Under the pieces are notes generated by a model, which had not been told where the DNA came from, made no database searches, and saw nothing but the letters and a program-made list of their open reading frames with translations. Of a stretch of 28,839 bases of DNA, positions 1 through 9,297 are shown piece after piece. Origin of the DNA: a virus (Duplodnaviria; Caudoviricetes); IMG/VR virus record IMGVR_UViG_3300013004_000142, positions 1 to 28,839 of that record. One strand, written 5' to 3'. The translations under genes were made by a program, and so were the position numbers. The stretch's first letter is position 1; each line of letters starts with the position of its first letter.

Positions 1-1
1 C

Positions 2-3000
2 AGCAATTTCAAAACTAGAGAAGCAGCATATTCATATCTAAGAGCTTCAGCAGTTGATGTGTTTGTTGGTAACCAAAAAACCATTACTAGAGATGCATTA
101 ACTAATGCCAAGACAGAAGCACTGGCCAACGTAGGCGGCAACGCCACAGCACAGGCTCGTATTGAAACACTAATGACCATGGTAGATGATATTGTCTACG
201 GTGCCACTAATGAAGGTAGTCGCTGTGCCACAGGCAACAGAATGGCAGACTATGCTGTGCTACAATTAGAGCGCAACAGAGACTATATTGTAGCAGAAAT
301 TGATGCTTACATCGATTCAACTTATACTACCACAGTCACTGCCGCTACAGCAGCCACTGATATATTCACCTGCACATCTACTTCTTGGATGACAAGAAAT
401 GCTGCTATTAGATTCTCAGGCACAGTGTTTGGTGGAGTGAACACAACTACTACCTACTATGTACAGAATGTAGTAAGTAGCACAACTTTTAAGATCGCTA
501 CCACAAGAGATTCAAACACAGCGTTTGATATTGCCAGCAACGGCAGTGGTTCGATGACAGTGGCTCTGTTCTACAGCAGCACAGCCTGTCTCAGAGATGT
601 CAACACCTATATTGATGCACTCAAATACGATTTGAAATATCCAGGCAACTACAAATCTAGATACGCAGCTAGATATTACGCTAATAGCGTAACAGGCAGC
701 TTGGAAGAAGACATGTATTATCTCAGAGACGCCACTGGTGTAAGAGATCAAACACTGCAAGGCCTTACTGGGGATTTGTTGGCAGAAAACGAATACGGCA
801 CATCGAGAGTGTCAGCAGGAGCATATTGTTCGTTGGATCCAGGTTGGGGTCCAGAAGATTATCGTACATGGATCATCACACGTTCTCCATATGTACAGGG
901 AGTGACTACATTAGGTACAGCAGCCATCGGTCAAAAGATCGACGGAGCCCTGCACAACGGCGGAAATGATAGTATTGTTTCCAATGACTTCACCCAGGTA
1001 ATATCAGATGGCATTGGCGCATGGATTACCAACAATGGTCGTGCTGAATTAGTATCGGTGTTCTCATATTATGCACACATTGCCTATCTAGCAGAAAATG
1101 GTGGACGTATTAGAGCTACCAACGGCAACAATTCATACGGTGATTTTGGTTCTGTGGCAGAAGGTTTTGACGCAACAGAAACTCCAGACACTGGCATAGT
1201 GGACAACAGACTACAGTTTGAAGCTGTAATTGATCGTGTGATAACTGACGGATCTGCTCTACTGCAAATAGAATTCCAAAACGCAGGTATAGATTATACA
1301 GAAGTCACTTACACCCTAACTGGTGGCGGCAGTGGGCAAGTTGTTGAAACAGACGAATTCCGTGATGATGCTGTATTTGAAGTTCGCATGTTAGATCTTG
1401 TCGAAGACAGTACAGACGCTCCAGAAGCAGACGGTAATCTTGGAGGCTTCGGTTACATCACAAACTCCAACACCGCACAAGGTGGCACTTCTACCTCAAT
1501 TACTATCGCTGCCACAGACGGCGAATCTAGCACTGCCTACATAGGCATGAAGATAGTGCTCACTGGTGGAGCGGGCGTTGGTCAGTTTGGTATCATAACC
1601 ACATATAATTCAGGTACAAAGGTAGCTGGGTTGGTTAAAGAATCCGACGGTACAGCAGGATTTGATCATTTGGTAGCAGGTACGGCGATAGTTTCTCCAG
1701 ATGCATCAACCACATATATCATAGAGCCTAGAGTTACATTCTCTGCGCCAGGATACACCAGCACAGCAGCTACACTGCCAACCAGCGGAGCATGGAGAGC
1801 TGTAAAGTACGGTGAAACTGCTGCTGTGTACACTACATTAACAGGCACTTACTCGGGGTCAGGAGTTGGTGCATCATTTACAGTGATACGTAATGGATGG
1901 AAGTATATACCTTCGTTGCAGGCAGCAGGCACAGGTTACGCAAGACTACAGACTATAACTATACTAGGCACCAGTCTTGGCGGCCTTAGTACTGCCAACG
2001 ATCTAGTAATTACAATCACCGCAGTAAATTCCGCTACAGGCGCTATCTTAGATTTTGATCACAGCGGCTACGGCATCGGCGGCAGATATGTAGCCCTACG
2101 CAGTGGAAGCACAGTGGGTGCAACCTCAGAAGATGGAATCGCTTGGGATACAAGAGCCAGCTTGATGCCTAGTGGAGCAGCATGGTCTGCAGTGGCTGCA
2201 GGGCTGTTTGAAGATGGATCTACAGTGGGCAAAGTCAGTAAATTTGTCGCAGTAGCAGGTACCTCAGCAAATACCACAGGTGCATACAGTGACGACGGCA
2301 TAACTTGGACTGCGACTAGTATGCAGACTTCTGCTGTATGGGTTGATGTAGCGTTTGGTGCTCAAAAGTTTGTAGCTGTCAGCAGCGATGTGACCACAGT
2401 GCGAATCAGCAACGACGGTGAAAACTGGGATCAGACAGGTACATTAACTACCACTGGATTTACAGCTATTGCCTACGGTAAAAACAAATTTGTAGCTATC
2501 AAGAGCGGCACCTCAGTGGCAAATTATGCTACATCGACCACAGTCACAGGCACATGGACTGCAGGAGCACTGCCTTCTAGCTCTAACTGGAACAGCATCG
2601 CCTATGGCAACAACAGATTCGTTGCTATTTCAAACACTAGCGGAACCATAGCTGCCTACAGCTTAGATGGTATAACATGGACAGCCAGTACACTACCAGC
2701 CACAGCATCGTGGACCAAAGTCACATACGGACAGGGACTATTCCTTGCCGCGAGCACAACCACAGCAGCAGCAACATCACCCGATGGTATCACTTGGACT
2801 ACTAGAACTACTTCCACAGCAGCCAGCGGGTTCTCAGCAATCACTTTTGGTAATAGAGATAGATACGGTCTGTTCGTAGGAGTTGGAGCCGGCACAGGTG
2901 ATGTAGCAACTTATATTAGAACAGGTGCTACCACTAGAGGTCGTGCCAAAGTAGCTGCTAACAAAGTGTTCCAGGTTAATATCACAGAACCGGGATCAGG

Positions 3001-3964
3001 TTATACCACTGTGCCGACAATCACATTCACTGATCCTAACAATACATTCGAAGCTCCGGTTACTGTGAGAAAGAACAGTGGTGTATTAGCAAACCCCAGT
3101 TTTGCCAACAGAGGATCACAATTTGTCACAGGCAGCGGTGAAGTAGATGTAGGGGATGGGTATTCAGACTTATTCCAAACAGGCTCGTTTGTGGCCAGCC
3201 GCCGACTTAGTGAACGTCCTACACCTGGATCAAATGTGGTATTCAGCCATTTGCCAGACAGAGTGTTTAAATTAGTGAATGTGGTGACTTTCCTTGGAGA
3301 GAATGATGGATCGTACACAGCGTTTCTTCAGATCAGTCCACAACTGACCATATCAGACGCTCCGCCCGACGGCGCAGATATCACTATGCGACTGAAATAC
3401 AGTCAAGTTCGACTTACAGGACACGACTTCTTGGATATAGGCACAGGTAATTTCATCGAAACTAATTATCCGGGAATGCCATTGCAAGTTCCAATTTCTG
3501 CCAACGAAACTGTAGAATCAGGTGGCGGGCGAGTGTTCTTTACCTCAACAGACCAAGACGGTAACTTCCGAGTGGGTGACTTGTTTGCTATCGAACAGAG
3601 CACTGGTATTGCTACTCTAAATGCCGATGCATTTAATATTTCAGGCCTGCAAGAACTTAACTTGGGCAACGTAACACTGGGTGGCGGATCGGCTACTATC
3701 ACGGAATTTTCAACAGATCCGTTCTTTACTGCTGATTCAGACAATATTGTACCCACACAGCGAGCAATCAAAGCATTTATTGCTGGTCAAATTGGTGGCG
3801 GTGGTGCATCGTTGAACGTTAACTCTGTGACAGCAGGTAGTATTTTTATCAGCTCAAATGTGATAACTACTACAACTACAGGTCCAATCAAGATGAATGC
3901 AGTCTTTGAATTCAGAGGCGGAGTCATTGGGTTACCTATAGCATTCAACTACTTTTTAACATAA
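2..3964 (+). CDS. Large virion structural / tail-associated protein with Asp-box (BNR-like) beta-propeller region; 5'-truncated by window edge
   Basis: The frame is open from position 2 (AGC AAT TTC...) with no stop before the track's GTG at 59, so the true start lies upstream. Thr/Gly/Ser/Ala-rich. Repeated SxDGxxW boxes (SEDGIAW, SDDGITW, SNDGENW, SLDGITW, SPDGITW) alternate with W/F-xx-V/I-x-Y/F-G-xx-x-F-V/L-A motifs. GxGY motifs typical of T4-like virion proteins. Confidence 0.75.
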   Translation, partial: SNFKTREAAYSYLRASAVDVFVGNQKTITRDALTNAKTEALANVGGNATAQARIETLMTMVDDIVYGATNEGSRCATGNRMADYAVLQLERNRDYIVAEIDAYIDSTYTTTVTAATAATDIFTCTSTSWMTRNAAIRFSGTVFGGVNTTTTYYVQNVVSSTTFKIATTRDSNTAFDIASNGSGSMTVALFYSSTACLRDVNTYIDALKYDLKYPGNYKSRYAARYYANSVTGSLEEDMYYLRDATGVRDQTLQGLTGDLLAENEYGTSRVSAGAYCSLDPGWGPEDYRTWIITRSPYVQGVTTLGTAAIGQKIDGALHNGGNDSIVSNDFTQVISDGIGAWITNNGRAELVSVFSYYAHIAYLAENGGRIRATNGNNSYGDFGSVAEGFDATETPDTGIVDNRLQFEAVIDRVITDGSALLQIEFQNAGIDYTEVTYTLTGGGSGQVVETDEFRDDAVFEVRMLDLVEDSTDAPEADGNLGGFGYITNSNTAQGGTSTSITIAATDGESSTAYIGMKIVLTGGAGVGQFGIITTYNSGTKVAGLVKESDGTAGFDHLVAGTAIVSPDASTTYIIEPRVTFSAPGYTSTAATLPTSGAWRAVKYGETAAVYTTLTGTYSGSGVGASFTVIRNGWKYIPSLQAAGTGYARLQTITILGTSLGGLSTANDLVITITAVNSATGAILDFDHSGYGIGGRYVALRSGSTVGATSEDGIAWDTRASLMPSGAAWSAVAAGLFEDGSTVGKVSKFVAVAGTSANTTGAYSDDGITWTATSMQTSAVWVDVAFGAQKFVAVSSDVTTVRISNDGENWDQTGTLTTTGFTAIAYGKNKFVAIKSGTSVANYATSTTVTGTWTAGALPSSSNWNSIAYGNNRFVAISNTSGTIAAYSLDGITWTASTLPATASWTKVTYGQGLFLAASTTTAAATSPDGITWTTRTTSTAASGFSAITFGNRDRYGLFVGVGAGTGDVATYIRTGATTRGRAKVAANKVFQVNITEPGSGYTTVPTITFTDPNNTFEAPVTVRKNSGVLANPSFANRGSQFVTGSGEVDVGDGYSDLFQTGSFVASRRLSERPTPGSNVVFSHLPDRVFKLVNVVTFLGENDGSYTAFLQISPQLTISDAPPDGADITMRLKYSQVRLTGHDFLDIGTGNFIETNYPGMPLQVPISANETVESGGGRVFFTSTDQDGNFRVGDLFAIEQSTGIATLNADAFNISGLQELNLGNVTLGGGSATITEFSTDPFFTADSDNIVPTQRAIKAFIAGQIGGGGASLNVNSVTAGSIFISSNVITTTTTGPIKMNAVFEFRGGVIGLPIAFNYFLT

Positions 3965-3967
3965 ATA
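3961..3967 (+). promoter_or_regulatory. T4-like late promoter core (cATAAATA)
   Basis: ATAAATA overlaps the stop of the upstream gene; GGAG at 3974-3977 precedes ATG 3987. The same motif recurs at several gene starts in this window. Confidence 0.6.
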
Positions 3968-3986
3968 CAACATGGAGAAATAAATT

Positions 3987-4307
3987 ATGGCAACAGGAAG
4001 ACTAGGAGTAGCAGATCTCTCAGCAGCTACCAACACCACACTGTATACAGTGCCCGCAAATACATTCTCAGTGATCACTGTGAATATTGTAAACAGAGGC
4101 GCATCGGCTGTCACTGTTCGAATAGCAGTGGCAGCATCAGCCACGCCCGCAGATTCTGAATTTATCGAATACGATGTTAGTCTAGCTGCAAAGGGTGTGT
4201 TGGAAAGAACCGGGATTGTAATGGATGCTGGAAAATTACTTGTGGTTCGTTCAAATGCAGCAAGTGTAAGTGCTGTGACCTACGGTATTGAAACTGCAAC
4301 TGCTTAA
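3987..4307 (+). CDS. Small virion structural protein (beta-rich, 106 aa)
   Basis: GGAG RBS; TLYTVP...VNIVNR pattern of the kind seen in small structural proteins of large myoviruses; located between structural genes. Confidence 0.6.
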   Translation: MATGRLGVADLSAATNTTLYTVPANTFSVITVNIVNRGASAVTVRIAVAASATPADSEFIEYDVSLAAKGVLERTGIVMDAGKLLVVRSNAASVSAVTYGIETATA

Positions 4308-4321
4308 TATAGGAAAAAAAC

Positions 4322-4945
4322 ATGTCAAGAAAAATTACAACAGGTGAAGTCGGTGGCGCGGCAGGCGGAGTTAACATCACTAACACAGTGATATCCGCTG
4401 CTAGTGATCTTGACATTGAACTCAGTCCCGCAGGCACTGGCCGATTAATTATCACAGCAAATGCTCAAATACAAGCTCAAAACGATCTAAGATTCGCAGA
4501 TGCTGATTCGTCAAATTATGTGGCGGTCCAGGCTCCGGCGACTGTGGCAACAGATTACACAATTACTTTACCAAACGTGACTCCAACCGCAGCAGGACTA
4601 GTACTTGCTGCCAGCGACACAGCTGGTACGCTGACTTGGCAGACTCCTAAGAGTTTCACATATTCTACAGTAGCAACTAATTTTTCCGCTGTGAATTTTG
4701 GCGGATATTTTGTTAATACTACCTCAGGCGGAGTTACAGCCACACTGCCCGCCAGTCCTGCAGTGGGAGATACAATTAGATTTCTTGATGCTGCAAAAAC
4801 TTTTGATACAAATACGTTTACTGTGGCTAGAAACGGAAAACTAATGCAAGGTGATGCAGCTGATCTAACAGTTACTACTGAATCAGCGGCTTTTGAACTG
4901 ATATTTTCAGGTGATACTTTTGGATGGAGGATCTTCTCTATCTAA
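4322..4945 (+). CDS. Tail fibre / baseplate-connector-like protein (T4 gp9/gp34-type repeat at C-terminus)
   Basis: The C-terminal YFVNTTSGGVTATLPASPAVGDTIRFLD...FDTNTFTVARNG segment resembles the 'VDT..G.VT.TLP..P..GD.I...D' module of T4-like tail/baseplate proteins; AGGA RBS. Confidence 0.6.
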   Translation: MSRKITTGEVGGAAGGVNITNTVISAASDLDIELSPAGTGRLIITANAQIQAQNDLRFADADSSNYVAVQAPATVATDYTITLPNVTPTAAGLVLAASDTAGTLTWQTPKSFTYSTVATNFSAVNFGGYFVNTTSGGVTATLPASPAVGDTIRFLDAAKTFDTNTFTVARNGKLMQGDAADLTVTTESAAFELIFSGDTFGWRIFSI

Positions 4946-4959
4946 TAGAGGAAGAAACT

Positions 4960-5745
4960 ATGGCATCATATTCAAGTTATAAAAAAGTCAGCAGCGAAAA
5001 CTTTACAGCAGACAGCCAATTGACTGATGTTAAATTCGATGTTGCCGCTGGAAAAACCTACGGAGTATTTTGGGTTAGAGGCACTCCGGGTGCAACTACT
5101 GGCGGCTGTTGCTGTGCATGGACTGTGCCTACTGGAGTTAAGCGTGTGACCTTTGAAGCATGGGGTGCTGGTGGTAACGGCAACGGCGCATGTTCATGCA
5201 ACAGATGTCATCGATACAAAGGCGCCCAGGGCGGATACTATAATACTCGAACAATCACAACAGTACCAGGATGTGTCTATACCATCTGTGCAGGCGGAGT
5301 ATATCCTTGCTGTAGCTTTGAATGTGTCGGCTGTCAAGGATGTACTAGCTACGTACAAGGATTTAACCTAAGTAACTTCTGCGCTATCGGTGGACAGCAA
5401 GGTATTGCTGACACAAACTGGCCCGATGCATTGTATTCGTGTTACCCTTGCTGCCTAACACCAACTAATAATGGCGGTGATTTTGGCATGGGTAATCACA
5501 GCGGAGCATGGAACGGCAACTGGTTGTGTCATTGTTTTCACAAACAATTTTGTACTACTGGTGCTCCATTTTTAAGCGGCGGAAACGGCACAATGGGGCA
5601 AACATACGACTGCTGGATGCGTTGCGGTTGTTGGAGTGTGCCGTATGCTACAGGCGGACAAAGTGCAATGACAAACTATTGCGGCACTTGTTGCGGCCAA
5701 GGCGGCACCGGCGGATCTGGTGTTGTAAAAGTAACATTTAATTAA
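4960..5745 (+). CDS. Cys/Gly-rich tail-fibre-like protein, paralog 1 (261 aa, 26 Cys)
   Basis: Start reassigned to ATG 4960 (MASYSSYKK, GAGG RBS, matches paralogs). WTVPTGVKRVTFEAWGAGG...GGxGGxGVVKVTF glycine-rich tail-fibre-domain pattern; Cys counted by hand. Confidence 0.7.
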   Translation: MASYSSYKKVSSENFTADSQLTDVKFDVAAGKTYGVFWVRGTPGATTGGCCCAWTVPTGVKRVTFEAWGAGGNGNGACSCNRCHRYKGAQGGYYNTRTITTVPGCVYTICAGGVYPCCSFECVGCQGCTSYVQGFNLSNFCAIGGQQGIADTNWPDALYSCYPCCLTPTNNGGDFGMGNHSGAWNGNWLCHCFHKQFCTTGAPFLSGGNGTMGQTYDCWMRCGCWSVPYATGGQSAMTNYCGTCCGQGGTGGSGVVKVTFN

Positions 5746-5757
5746 CGGAATAGATCA

Positions 5758-6558
5758 ATGGCTAGTTATTCAAGTTATAAAAAAGTAGTTGCCGCAGATA
5801 GTCTATTACCCGCAGCAATCAATGATACAGCATTGGCCGTAGGTACACGTAAACAGTACGGTGTACAGTGGTTTTTTGGAGAGCCGTGTGCCTGTTCAAC
5901 TGGCAGATGCTGCCAATTCACAGTACCAGCAAATGTAAGAACACTTCAAATAGAAGCATGGGGATCAGGCGGCAGCGGCCATGGCGCATGTACTTGTGAT
6001 CGCTGCCATCACTACAAAGGCGCCGGCGGCGGCTATTATAATAATGTTACAATTACTACTGCTGCTGGTTGTCAATATACCGTGTGTGCAGCAGGCAATG
6101 GACCCTGCTGTAGATTTGAATGTACTGGATGTATTGGCTGTTCTAGCTATGTTACTGGTTTTAACCTAAGCAATTTCTGTGCTATTGGCGGAACTGGTGG
6201 TTGTGCTAACACAGACTGGACTACAGGATGTACTTCTGCGTGGGAATGTTGCTTAGGTCCTACAGATAACGGCGGAAATTTTGGCCTTGGACTTCATGCC
6301 GGAGCATTCGGCTACACTTGGTTTAGATATGACGTAGGTAGCTGTCACTGTTATAGAACTATGACTAACTCAACTAGTGCGCCATTGATTGGCACATCTA
6401 GTATGCAGATTCAAGGTTACTGCTGGATGCGTTGCGGTTGCTGGACAGTGCCTTATGGCCACGGTGGTCAAGGCGCAATGGCAACTTATTGCGGAACAAG
6501 CTGTTGCGGACAAGGTGGTATGGGCGGCCCAGGACTGGTTAAGATTACGTATTTTTAA
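5758..6558 (+). CDS. Cys/Gly-rich tail-fibre-like protein, paralog 2 (266 aa, 27 Cys)
   Basis: MASYSSYKK start; FTVPANVRTLQIEAWGSGG; CxCxRCHHYKG; WMRCGCW; GQGGMGGPGLVKITYF end. Confidence 0.7.
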   Translation: MASYSSYKKVVAADSLLPAAINDTALAVGTRKQYGVQWFFGEPCACSTGRCCQFTVPANVRTLQIEAWGSGGSGHGACTCDRCHHYKGAGGGYYNNVTITTAAGCQYTVCAAGNGPCCRFECTGCIGCSSYVTGFNLSNFCAIGGTGGCANTDWTTGCTSAWECCLGPTDNGGNFGLGLHAGAFGYTWFRYDVGSCHCYRTMTNSTSAPLIGTSSMQIQGYCWMRCGCWTVPYGHGGQGAMATYCGTSCCGQGGMGGPGLVKITYF

Positions 6559-6569
6559 TAGGAATAAAG

Positions 6570-7364
6570 ATGGCAAGTTATGCAAGTTATAAAAAACTAA
6601 CAGTCGATAACGTTCTCGACGGTGCTATCTCACAGACTGCAATTAATAATGCAGCACTAGCAGAATGGAATATTTTATGGATATGGCCAGAACCTTGTGC
6701 CTGTTCAACTGGAAGATGCTGTTTGTTTACTGTACCCGCTCGAGTTACTCGATTATATTTTGAAGCATGGGGTGCTGGTGGCAGTGGTAACGGTGCTTGT
6801 CAATGCGATAGATGTCACCACTACAAGGGTGCCGGCGGCGGCTACTATGTAGCCAAATCAATTACTACTGCTCCCGGTTGCCAGTATACCATATGTGCTG
6901 CCGGTAATGGCCCGTGCTGTAGATTTGAATGCGTTGGATGTATTGGATGTACTAGCTATGTCACTGGATTCAATCTCACCAACTTCTGTGCAATTGGTGG
7001 TACTGGCGGCTGTGCTAACACAGACTGGTCAACTGCTTGCAATTCTGAGTATAGTTGCTGTCTTGGACCAACTGCCAACGGTGCCGATTTTGGCATGGGT
7101 AATCACCCAGGCACGTTTGACAATAACGGCTTAGGTATTTGTAGATGTTGGTGTGCGGCCACTACATCAACCGGAGCTCCATTTATTGGTGGGCAAGTTA
7201 CTACTCAGTTGACTTGTTGTGTAATGCGTTGCGGTTGCTGGACTGTGCCTTATGGTACGGGCGGCCACGGAGCAATGACAAATTTCTGCGGTGGCGATGC
7301 CGGCGCATGGTGCGGGCAAGGCGGCATGGGCGGCCCCGGATTAGTTAAGATTACATATTTTTAA
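6570..7364 (+). CDS. Cys/Gly-rich tail-fibre-like protein, paralog 3 (264 aa, 28 Cys)
   Basis: MASYASYKK start; same Cys scaffold; C-terminal CGQGGMGGPGLVKITYF identical to paralog 2. Confidence 0.7.
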   Translation: MASYASYKKLTVDNVLDGAISQTAINNAALAEWNILWIWPEPCACSTGRCCLFTVPARVTRLYFEAWGAGGSGNGACQCDRCHHYKGAGGGYYVAKSITTAPGCQYTICAAGNGPCCRFECVGCIGCTSYVTGFNLTNFCAIGGTGGCANTDWSTACNSEYSCCLGPTANGADFGMGNHPGTFDNNGLGICRCWCAATTSTGAPFIGGQVTTQLTCCVMRCGCWTVPYGTGGHGAMTNFCGGDAGAWCGQGGMGGPGLVKITYF

Positions 7365-7383
7365 AATATCGAGGAAAAATAAA

Positions 7384-8091
7384 ATGCCAATGATTTCAAT
7401 CACATACGAATTACCACTACCAAATGAATTTTTGGTAGATCACTCACAAAGCGAGGGTAAGACCCGTACATGCACGTACGACGGTCCAGACAAACTATTT
7501 TTACAGATTGATCCTGCTACAGGTTACGAAAATCACGGGCCCCTATGCGAGGAAGATTTGGCAGACGGCCGACCAATCCCAATAGATACTCAACTATTTG
7601 AACTTGACTGTACGACTTATCCGTTAATTTGTCAGTTACGTGGCCCTGTTGTACCGCATACTCAAGAAACTAGAGGTCAAGAATCTGTACCTCATCCACA
7701 TAGTCCTGTAATTGAAGGATATCCGCAATTTAAATACTCTGTACCATTATTTCCTGAGGATATTTATAACCGATATAGTGTTAAAATTATCGAAGGACAA
7801 CCTACTTTACAAGTATTTACAGCAACACAAAAGCTGTTGGATAAAGACGTAGAATTAACATGGGACGATATTAGAGATCATCGAAATAAAATGTTAACCA
7901 ACAGCGATTCACAAATTGCTGAAGATATGCCAGAAAATGTCAAAGAAGTTTGGAAAATATATCGTCAAAAACTTCGCGATTTACCAGCTGTTATGCAAGA
8001 AAACAATGTACCACCAAGCATAGCATATTACATGTTTCCACATACTCCAGATACTGTTCCGGTATCGGAAGGTGGTTTAAAACGAGATTAA
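7384..8091 (+). CDS. Phage tail fibre assembly chaperone-like protein with N-terminal extension
   Basis: C-terminal WDDIRDHRNKMLTNSD...WKIYRQKLRDLP...FP matches the 'R..RN.LL..SD...W..YRQ.LRDLP' tail assembly chaperone signature; directly follows the fibre-like genes; GAGG RBS. Confidence 0.75.
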   Translation: MPMISITYELPLPNEFLVDHSQSEGKTRTCTYDGPDKLFLQIDPATGYENHGPLCEEDLADGRPIPIDTQLFELDCTTYPLICQLRGPVVPHTQETRGQESVPHPHSPVIEGYPQFKYSVPLFPEDIYNRYSVKIIEGQPTLQVFTATQKLLDKDVELTWDDIRDHRNKMLTNSDSQIAEDMPENVKEVWKIYRQKLRDLPAVMQENNVPPSIAYYMFPHTPDTVPVSEGGLKRD

Positions 8092-8103
8092 TGCTCAAAA
8101 CTT

Positions 8104-8132
8104 AAAAGCAGCCAAAGCGGCTGCTTTTTTTT
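8104..8132 (+). terminator. Rho-independent terminator (possibly bidirectional)
   Basis: AAAAGCAGCC-AAAGC-GGCTGCTTTT perfect 10-bp stem running into an 8-T tract, 12 nt after the chaperone stop. Confidence 0.85.
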
Positions 8133-8149
8133 GACTCGAATATCTTATC

Positions 8150-8157
8150 TATAAATA
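8150..8157 (+). promoter_or_regulatory. T4-type late promoter TATAAATA
   Basis: Exact T4 late consensus, between the terminator and the first gene of the enzyme island. Confidence 0.7.
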
Positions 8158-8208
8158 TTGTGCAATTTCTATTAAGTGATAGTATAATAGTATAATTAGG
8201 AGATTAAC

Positions 8209-9297
8209 TTGTCAAGATCTAAGGCATATTTTATTAACGGTGGTGCAGGCCGTGTAGTCTGTTCAATTCCGGCATTTGAAAAATTGGCGGAAACCAATGA
8301 TGATTTTATCATCATTTGTGAAGGCGGCACTGACTTTTATAAAGGTCATCCTACACTTCATAAAAAAGTTTATGATGTTTGGCATAAGGGCTTGTTCGAA
8401 CAGCACCTAAAGCATCGAGACCTGATTACTCCAGAACCATATCGAGTATGGGAATATTATAATCAAAAATGTAGTCTAGCCCAAGCATTTGACATTATCA
8501 TCAATAATCAAGGTGTCCGTAATCTGCCAGCACCAAAGATTGTTTTAAATAAAATGGAAGTTGTACAGTCTTACAATATTGTACAAGAAGTCAAATCTAA
8601 AACAGGATTTGATAAAGTTGTTGTGATTCAACCGTTTGGTCGAAGTGTTCAAAACCTAGGTGAATTTGTAGTAGACCCAAGCTCGCGCAGCTTTAATCTT
8701 AAAGATACTGTTGAAATAATTAATGACCTTAAGAAAGAATACGGAGTTATTTTAATGAGCGAGTTTCCGATTGCGTTGGAAGAAAAAGACACAGGAAAGC
8801 ATCCAGTAGCTATGCTACAAATAAATGACTTGCGTATATGGGCTGGAATTATTGACATTGCCGACCATTTTGTTGGTTGCGATAGTTTAGGTCAGCATCT
8901 AGCTCGAGCTTTTAACAAAACAGCAACTATTGTAACTGGATCAACATTTCCAATTAATATTTCGTATCCTGATTGCCCAGAGTTTGATATAATTGATGCT
9001 GGAAAAGCTAATCGAGTGTATAGTCCTATTAGAATTTCCATGGAAGATGAGTTAGATCGTGTAAATGACGAAACAATGGAATTATCTAAAGCACAAGTAC
9101 AACAGATATTAGTGTCTATTAAAAAACGACTAGGTAAATCAACCAAATTTAAAGGTAAGTTTATACCACCGCAACAACAGGATGCTGCATGTTGTCCACC
9201 ACCATCGGCGCCACAGACCCAATCTCCAGCATTTTCTGCTAGTAACGGATCTTTAAAACCGTTATCAGTTTCTTACACTGACGGGGATAGACAATGA
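8209..9297 (+). CDS. GT-B glycosyltransferase, GT9 / ADP-heptose heptosyltransferase-like
   Basis: TTG start with AGGAG RBS. N-terminal GGAGRVVCSIPAF (cf. GT9 'GIGD.V...P'), VVVIQPFG, and IIDIADHFVGCDSLGQHLARAF matching GT9 'A..FIG.DSGP.HLAAA'. Confidence 0.7.
   Translation: MSRSKAYFINGGAGRVVCSIPAFEKLAETNDDFIIICEGGTDFYKGHPTLHKKVYDVWHKGLFEQHLKHRDLITPEPYRVWEYYNQKCSLAQAFDIIINNQGVRNLPAPKIVLNKMEVVQSYNIVQEVKSKTGFDKVVVIQPFGRSVQNLGEFVVDPSSRSFNLKDTVEIINDLKKEYGVILMSEFPIALEEKDTGKHPVAMLQINDLRIWAGIIDIADHFVGCDSLGQHLARAFNKTATIVTGSTFPINISYPDCPEFDIIDAGKANRVYSPIRISMEDELDRVNDETMELSKAQVQQILVSIKKRLGKSTKFKGKFIPPQQQDAACCPPPSAPQTQSPAFSASNGSLKPLSVSYTDGDRQ

Noticed and set aside
3972-3983. Mini-ORF ATG GAG AAA TAA right after ATAAATA
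   Set aside because: Most simply the GGAG Shine-Dalgarno of the 3987 gene; no evidence for a regulatory peptide.
512-4743. Multiple minus-strand ORFs of 60-105 aa opposite the structural genes
   Set aside because: Antisense shadows of well-supported plus-strand genes; no RBS or recognisable motifs.
5153-7348. Alternate-frame short ORFs inside the Cys-rich genes that resemble each other
   Set aside because: Their similarity follows from paralogy in the main frame; no independent start signals.
4960-7364. Cys-rich ORFs as RiPP precursors or metallothioneins
   Set aside because: They are ~260 aa with a glycine-rich tail-fibre-domain pattern and are followed by a tail assembly chaperone; no leader/core structure, peptidase or transporter. 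Enzymatic modification of them remains possible.
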